From the NCBI RefSeq assembly GCF_006345805.1, contig NW_021825862.1, positions 1 to 14,168 of the forward strand: 14,168 bases of DNA, given 5' to 3'. Shown here in pieces: positions 8,352 to 14,168 of the stretch; within the stretch, counting starts at the first letter, position 1, and the number at the start of each line of letters is the position of its first letter. A program made the position numbers and the translations under genes. Below the pieces are notes generated by a model. The model did no database searches and had not been told where the DNA came from. It was given only the letters and a program-made list of their open reading frames with translations. Source of the stretch: Octopus sinensis (Eukaryota).

Positions 8352-8965
8352 TATATATGTATATATATATATGTCTAGATGTATATATGTTGTATGTATA
8401 TTTATATATATATATATGCTTAGATCAATATCTATCTATACATACACACACACCTATATATACACACACACACATATATATATATATATATGTAGATATA
8501 TATGTTTATATATATCTCTCTCTCTCTATCAATTTCTCTATCTACACACACCTCACACACACATATATATATAAACACACACACACACATATATATATAT
8601 ATAGATATATGCGTGTATGTGTGTGTGTGTATATACTAAATACCAACCGCATTTGACGCTTCCAAAATTTATACATATATATATATTATATTGTATGTAT
8701 ACTCGTGTATTCGTCTGCTCCCGTAAAATATGCAAAAATGTGTATGTATACGTATGCATTCCTCACACACACACACACGCGCGCACACACTCACACGCAC
8801 ACACACACACACACACGCACACTCACACAACACACATATATATACAACAGACGATTGCGTATGCATAAGTTTACTAATATCCACACACGTACATATGCGC
8901 ACATGCACACGCACACACACACACACACATACTTTTACGCACATTCACATATACCATACATACGC
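8240..8965. repeat. Long compound (AT)/(CA)/(TG) microsatellite block
   Basis: Seen directly, with short unique interruptions; explains the ORFs at 8258-9041. Confidence 0.93.
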
Positions 8966-9252
8966 GCATGCTCAAATACATAATTGCATACTTGTAAATG
9001 GCACCTCTGTGATTTATGAAGACATTTCTGTCAACAGTTGATTGTCTATGAGAAAACCGGAATAGTATGTAATATTCTAAGACAAAAACTTGGCGTAGAA
9101 TCGCGCATAGTTTTTCATTCTTGGAGTATTTATTACATTTCATTGTCTTTTCTTTGTTACAGAACAATTTGTCTGAACTGTTTTTCAGCTGTTTCTTCTC
9201 TGAAAAACATATATAGCATCAGATAAGGAATAACATACAGATATACGTTTAT

Positions 9253-9420
9253 AGAGATATGTGTATCTATCTATGTATCTACTTAGCTGTCTATATCTCT
9301 ATCAATCGATCTGTCTGTTTATCTATCTACTCACATACACACACAAACAGACACACATACATACATACATACATACATACATACATACATACATACATAC
9401 ATACAAACAGAAACGTACGC
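9253..9420. repeat. (TATC)/(CATA)n microsatellite
   Basis: Seen directly. Confidence 0.93.
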
Positions 9421-9615
9421 ACATACAAACACACTCACGAACAGTCACGTGTATTTGATAATATAAGATAGTGACGGGCATAGTGACAGGCATAGTAAAC
9501 GCACCCAAAGTCTAGCGACACATATTCAGGGAAGAGTGATCACCAAGGTTAAAATCAGTGAATGGAAGACCGAATTTCACATAGAAACCGCGGGGTGATT
9601 TCTTGAGGCATATAT

Positions 9616-10890
9616 CAGGTCATCCCATAAGTTCTGTCCGATTTTTACTTTTTTAAACTTGATTCAAATTTCATAGTATTTTAGGATGTCTAATGGAATT
9701 TAAAATCATTTTTATGCATTTGTGTACATTTAAACTAATTAAATATTATTTTACAGAATAATAAAATTAAAATTTCTTTGATTAAAACCCTTTCTTACAT
9801 GGAAGTATCCAAAGAGCATTTGAGGCACCTAATGCTTTATGAGTACAAAAAAGGAAACTCTGCAGCCGAAGCGACTCGAAAAATGCACTCAGTTCATAGG
9901 AAAGAATGCTTGAATGAAAGAACTTACAGAAGATGGTTTGCAAAATTCAGAAGTGGAGATTTCAGCCTTGAAGATGAAGATCGAACAGGACGTCCAGTTG
10001 ACTTTGATGATAAGCTCCTAGAGGCATTACTTGAAGAAAATACTGCATTTTCCGTTGAAGAATTGGCAGTAAAGCTTCGTTTAAACCATGATCATCTTCA
10101 ACGACTTCGAAAGTTTCCTAAACTTGGAAAATGGATGCCTCATGAATTGTCCAAAAGCAACCGCAAATCCCGAGTTGACATCTGCTCTTCTCTCCATTCT
10201 CGCGAACTCGTTTCACCCTTTTTGGATAGACTTGTGACTGGTGACGAAAAATGGATCTTCCATCGAAATGTTAAACGTCGCAAATAGTGGCTTGGTAAAA
10301 GGGAAAAAGCTCAACCAGAACCGAGAAGAGAACTTCATGGGGAAAGGGTCTCTCTCTCTATCTGGTGAGATTGCAAAGGAGTAATTCACTTTGAATTGTT
10401 ACCACCTAATGCAACAATCAATGCTCAAGTTTACTGTCAGCAATTAGAGGGTTTGAACCAAGCTTTGAAGAAAAAAAAGACCCGCTTTAGTGAATCGAAT
10501 AGGAGTGATGTTTCATCAGGAGAATGCGCGACCCCACACTGCAAAGATCACACCACAGAAGATCAAATAGCTTGGTTGAGAAAAATTTCCTCATCCACCA
10601 TATTCTCCCGGCCTTGCTCCTTCAGACTACCATTTGTTTCGTATTTTACAGAATCACTTGGGGGACATAACTTTCACAAGCCAGAAGGAGGTCGAAACTG
10701 ACATTTCAGAGTTCATTGCTTTGAAACCAAAAGAATTTTACATTGCTGAGATTAAAAAGCTTGTAAATAGATGGAAGGAAGTCATAGATAATCAGGGAAA
10801 GTACATTGATGATTAAATTTCGATTAAATATAACATTTGATCACTTGTTTTCTTTATTCAAAATTCGGAGAGAACTTATGGGATGACCTG
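9616..10890 (+). mobile_element. Mariner (Tc1/mariner, DD34D-type) DNA transposon, near full length (1275 bp), inactive
   Basis: TIRs at 9616-9646 (CAGGTCATCCCATAAGTTCTGTCCGATTTTT) and 10860-10890 match at 29/31 positions. They enclose a decayed transposase. TATAT lies outside the left TIR; there is no TA outside the right TIR. Confidence 0.95.
9799..10816 (+). pseudogene. Mariner transposase pseudogene
   Basis: ATG at 9799. Motifs: HTH region (RWFAKFRSGDFSLEDEDRTGRP), WMPHEL (the WVPHEL motif), VTGDE (D at 10243), HQENARPH (E at 10520 in place of D), YSPGLAPSDY (D at 10625, 34 residues later). Stops at 10285, 10366, 10568 and 10577. One frameshift in the A-run near 10470-10478. Confidence 0.95.
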
Positions 10891-10903
10891 TGTCGCCTCT
10901 TTA

Positions 10904-11100
10904 TAAAATAAGTCCTGGGGTCGATTTGCTCGACTAAAAGCGGTGCTCCAGCATGGCCACAATGAAACGACTGAAACGAGTAAAAGTGTAAAAAAAACAG
11001 AAGTCAATTTGTTCAAAAAAAATCCCTAGAAGACGGTGCTCCAACGTGGCCGCAGTCCGATGAATGAATTTAGTAAAACTGAAAGCAAAAAAAAAAAAAA
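10904..11100 (+). mobile_element. Two 5'-truncated family C SINE 3' ends in tandem
   Basis: AAAATAAGTCCTGGGGTCGATTTGCTCGACTAAAAGCGGTGCTCCAGCATGGCC...GAGTAAAAG (10904-10997). A more diverged GACGGTGCTCCAACGTGGCCGCAGTC...poly(A) follows at about 11005-11100. Confidence 0.8.
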
Positions 11101-11470
11101 CACCTTTATTCATTCTTTCGATTATAAATCATATAACTTATTCCAAATATGGCGAACCTGAAGACACTTTTATCCCTTTTAAACTTCTTTATTTAACATA
11201 TGTAATTGGGTGTAGCGATATTTCTGAGCATACCGATATATGCAGTGAAATGTGGTTATTCGACTGTTTTCAACTCTAATGTTAGAGTAAGTCGTAAAAT
11301 GGGAGCCGTGATAACAAGCTACCAAGGTTGCCATCGAAATTATATACATGTATAACATCATTTAAGTGTATCGTGTACTTTGAAGTGTGGATTTCTTCGG
11401 CGTTTAATCAAGAATGTTATACCCCCATGGACACACAGCCACATGCACAGGTGTGAATATTTTGTGCAAT

Positions 11471-11533
11471 CTCTCTCTCTCTGTTTCTCTCTCTCACATA
11501 CACTATCTTCCTCCCGCTCTCTCTTTCTGTGTC

Positions 11534-11617
<84 letters not shown>

Positions 11618-11969
11618 CATATATCCATTTATCTATTTATCTAGTTATCTATCTATAGAAATTGCAAGATTAGGATAAATGGATTAATATATATATATGT
11701 AATATATATATATATATATGTATATATACTATATATATACGTATATATCTACATATATTTATATATACATATATACATATATATATATATGCATATATAT
11801 ACACATATATACATATATATATTATATATATATATATATATATACATATATAAATAATATATATATATATATATTATATAGATTGATAGATAGATAGATA
11901 GATAGATATAGATAGATAGTAGATAATAGATAGATAGATAGATAGATAGATAGACAGATAGATAGATAT
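11471..11969. repeat. Compound (CT)/(TATC)n - (AT)n - (GATA)n block
   Basis: Seen directly. Confidence 0.93.
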
Positions 11970-12420
11970 CAGAGCTGGCTGTAAAACAAACTGAAAATTA
12001 GTCGTGTTGAACGTATCGTGAAAGTCATATATCCATGAAAATGAGAGGCACGCACAGACGTGCAGGCTCACATGCACAACTACGTACACATAAAACCTTT
12101 TACATGACATGCAAATCTTGATGAATTCGAAATTACGGCTTGTTGACTTTTCAAACATGGCGGAGTCGATCATCATCAGATCTGCTTTCAGTCGATTTCT
12201 TCTACAGGCACAGAGAAAAGAAGTGATATAAAAGCGAGATCAGTATTTCACTAATTCCGATGATGTAAAAACAAATTAAGATCTGGACATGATTCGAACT
12301 CAGAATGCAAAGAGCGGGAACAAATATATCTCAGCAATCTAGCTCATTGTCAAAAGATTTTCTATCGAACTCCATAAGGTACATATATTCATACATCTTT
12401 GACATTATAGACAGGTTGGT

Positions 12421-12683
12421 CCTTCTTCTTCTTCTCTTCTCTGTTCTTTCTTCTGTCTTCTTCTTCTTCGTCTTCTTCTTCTTCTTCTTCTCTCTTCTCT
12501 TCTTCTTCTTCTTCTTCTTCTTCTTCTTTCTTCTTCTTCTTCTTCTTCTTCTTGTCTTCTTCTTCTTCTTCTCTTCTTCTTCTTCTTCTCTTCTTCTTCT
12601 TCTTCTTCTTCTTCTTCTTCTTCTTCTTCTTCTTCTTCTTCTTCTTCTTCTCTCTTCTTCTTCTTCTCTTCTTCTTCTTCTTC
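12421..12683. repeat. (TTC)n/(GAA)n trinucleotide tract, about 260 bp
   Basis: Seen directly; explains the poly-L/F/S and poly-K/E/R ORFs. Confidence 0.97.
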
Positions 12684-12976
12684 AATCAGGACTCACGCCA
12701 TTAGCCACAAAGAATAATCTCTAATTCGAACCTACTCTAAGCTACTAAGATGTTGTGTAGGCAACTTGAAGATCCACACACCACAGGCGATTGAATGGCA
12801 GTTGTTCGGGTGCGAAAGCTACATGGTTATCCTCATTCCGTAAACGGTGGCATTTTAACGGATGGAGAGCTGAATCATCCTGGGGTACAGAGGATTCGCA
12901 ATCTAGACTAGGGTCTGAAAGTTTACCACTACATAGTGGGTTGCACCATGGTTCCTCTGCTTTGTGGCAGAAGTAG

Positions 12977-13041
12977 GAAGAAAGAGTGAAAGAAAGTTGT
13001 GGTGAAAGAGTACAGCAGGGTTCACCACCCAACCCCCGCCG
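12977..13041 (-). mobile_element. Internal fragment of SINE family B
   Basis: GAAGAAAGAGTG...GTGGTGAAAGAGTACAGCAGGG.TCACCACC is the reverse complement of the segment at about 1570-1630. Confidence 0.75.
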
Positions 13042-13652
13042 TGTGTGTGTGTGTTTGTGTATGTATGTACGTAGTTGTGTGTCTGTGTTTATTTCACCAT
13101 TATCGCTTGACAACTGATGTTAATGTGTTTATGTCCCCGTTACTTAGCGATTCGGCAAAAGAGACCGATTGAATAAGTTCTAGGCTTACAAAGAGTAAGT
13201 CCTCGGGTTGATTTCATCGACTAAAAAGCGGTGCTCTAGCATGCACGCAGGCAGAAGACTTATATCTCTCTATATATAAACAGCAAAATATATGTGTGTG
13301 TATCCTTTATACAAATCCACAATTTTTCAGTTAGAGGGCTCGCACTTTCTATGGTCATTCAAAACCGTCCAAGCGGTCGTGCACATCTTTACATTTCCAC
13401 AGTCACCCCACAAAGCCATTAAAAAATCAATAGAAGTGACTTTTTTGTGAATTTTCTATCCAAAACCCAATCAAAATGCCTGAATCTTGATACGTCAATT
13501 GAATGCCAGCTAGCTGTATGTGATTGGTCGGAGATTAGGACAGTACTCGCGTATATGTGCACACGCACGCAGCTGTATATACATGCACTAGCTCTATGAC
13601 CCGGTGTTGCTGGGTCATAGTGCTAGTAAAAAAGTAAAAGAGTAAAAGAATA
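13042..13652 (+). mobile_element. 3' half of a family C SINE, split by the Helitron-like insertion
   Basis: 13042-13260 aligns with about 2650-2838. The remaining tail, AAGTAAAAGAGTAAAAGAATAA, resumes right after 13627. Confidence 0.75.
13265..13626 (+). mobile_element. Non-autonomous Helitron-like element (362 bp)
   Basis: 5' A|TCTCTCTATATATAAAC. 3' hairpin CTATGACCC/GGGTCATAG (13594-13620), then CTAG (13623-13626)|T. Sits between A and T with no target-site duplication. Confidence 0.75.
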
Positions 13653-13667
13653 AACACACGTAAAGAA

Positions 13668-13794
13668 AGAGAGGGAGAGAGACAGGGAGACAGATAGAGA
13701 TAGAGAGATATACAGATGGAAATATAGATTGATAAACTGATAGAAAAACATACATGTAGAGAGACAGACAGGTAGACCAGTCAACTAATTAATG

Positions 13795-13830
<36 letters not shown>

Positions 13831-13831
13831 T

Positions 13832-13900
<69 letters not shown>

Positions 13901-13903
13901 CAG

Positions 13904-13940
<37 letters not shown>
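13668..13940. repeat. (AG)/(GATA)n/(AG) microsatellite
   Basis: Seen directly. Confidence 0.93.
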
Positions 13941-13942
<2 letters not shown>

Positions 13943-13994
13943 GTATCACTCAGCAATCATGGCCGACTTTTATAACCGTCGTTGCTGTGATAAT

Positions 13995-14165
13995 GGTGAT
14001 GATGATAGTGAAGATGTTTGATGGTGATTGTTTGTTGCGGTGGTAAAGAGTTTTCGTGGTAATAACGAAGTGGGGTACATGAGATGGTGCCGGCAGCGGC
14101 GATAGTTGTGGCGTTGTTGTTGTTGTTATTGTTGTTGTTGTGGTGGTGGTGGTGGTGGTGATGGT
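13995..14165. repeat. Degenerate (GAT)/(GTT)/(GGT) trinucleotide low-complexity tract
   Basis: Seen directly. Confidence 0.8.
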
Positions 14166-14168
14166 TGC

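Noticed and set aside
9140-9230. Acceptor-like TTTTCTTTGTTACAG and a 9-bp inverted repeat
   Set aside because: No convincing donor site or recognisable coding frame follows.
9470-9502. Three short ATAGTGAC(G/A)GGC-like direct repeats
   Set aside because: Too short and degenerate; ordinary slippage.
12109-12230. Octamer ATGCAAAT (12109), YY1/Kozak-like AACATGGCGG (12154) and a 24-aa ORF; also ATGCAAAT at 449 and TGACGTCA at 6092
   Set aside because: Short motifs expected by chance in 14 kb; no strong splice donor or other promoter evidence.
12745-12960. Unique segment with ORFs 12745..13113 (-) and 12791..12976 (+)
   Set aside because: The long ORF runs through SINE fragments and shows no recognisable protein motif; it cannot be classified without a search.
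560-14168. Dozens of 60-150 aa ORFs rich in IYLS, CV, TH, YI or poly-L/K
   Set aside because: They are translations of stop-poor microsatellites, with no domain signal.

Overview
This is eukaryotic, AT-rich, repeat-dense DNA with no intact protein-coding gene that I can support. Roughly a quarter to a third of it is microsatellite: (AT)n, (TG)n, (TATC)n, (CATA)n and (TTC)n. Almost every ORF in the track is a translation artefact of these repeats. The SINE families and microsatellite load match my recollection of octopus (coleoid cephalopod) genomes; that is an inference, not a search result. Supported content: (1) four tRNA-derived SINE families, here A-D, in about 12 copies or fragments; (2) a near-full-length dead mariner (DD34D spacing) with 31-bp TIRs at 9616-10890; (3) a 362-bp non-autonomous Helitron-like element at 13265-13626, nested in a SINE; (4) an unclassified repeat at 2902-4112 containing a ~340-bp-arm inverted repeat and a partial second copy of its terminus; (5) a 3-copy ~210-bp tandem repeat; (6) a possible Gypsy integrase C-terminal remnant; (7) a decayed hammerhead-ribozyme-like motif. 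The best candidates for something undescribed are the foldback element with mosaic, transition-dominated arm divergence, the perfect inverted copy of a SINE head across an (AT)n tract, and a stem-loop shared by two SINE families.
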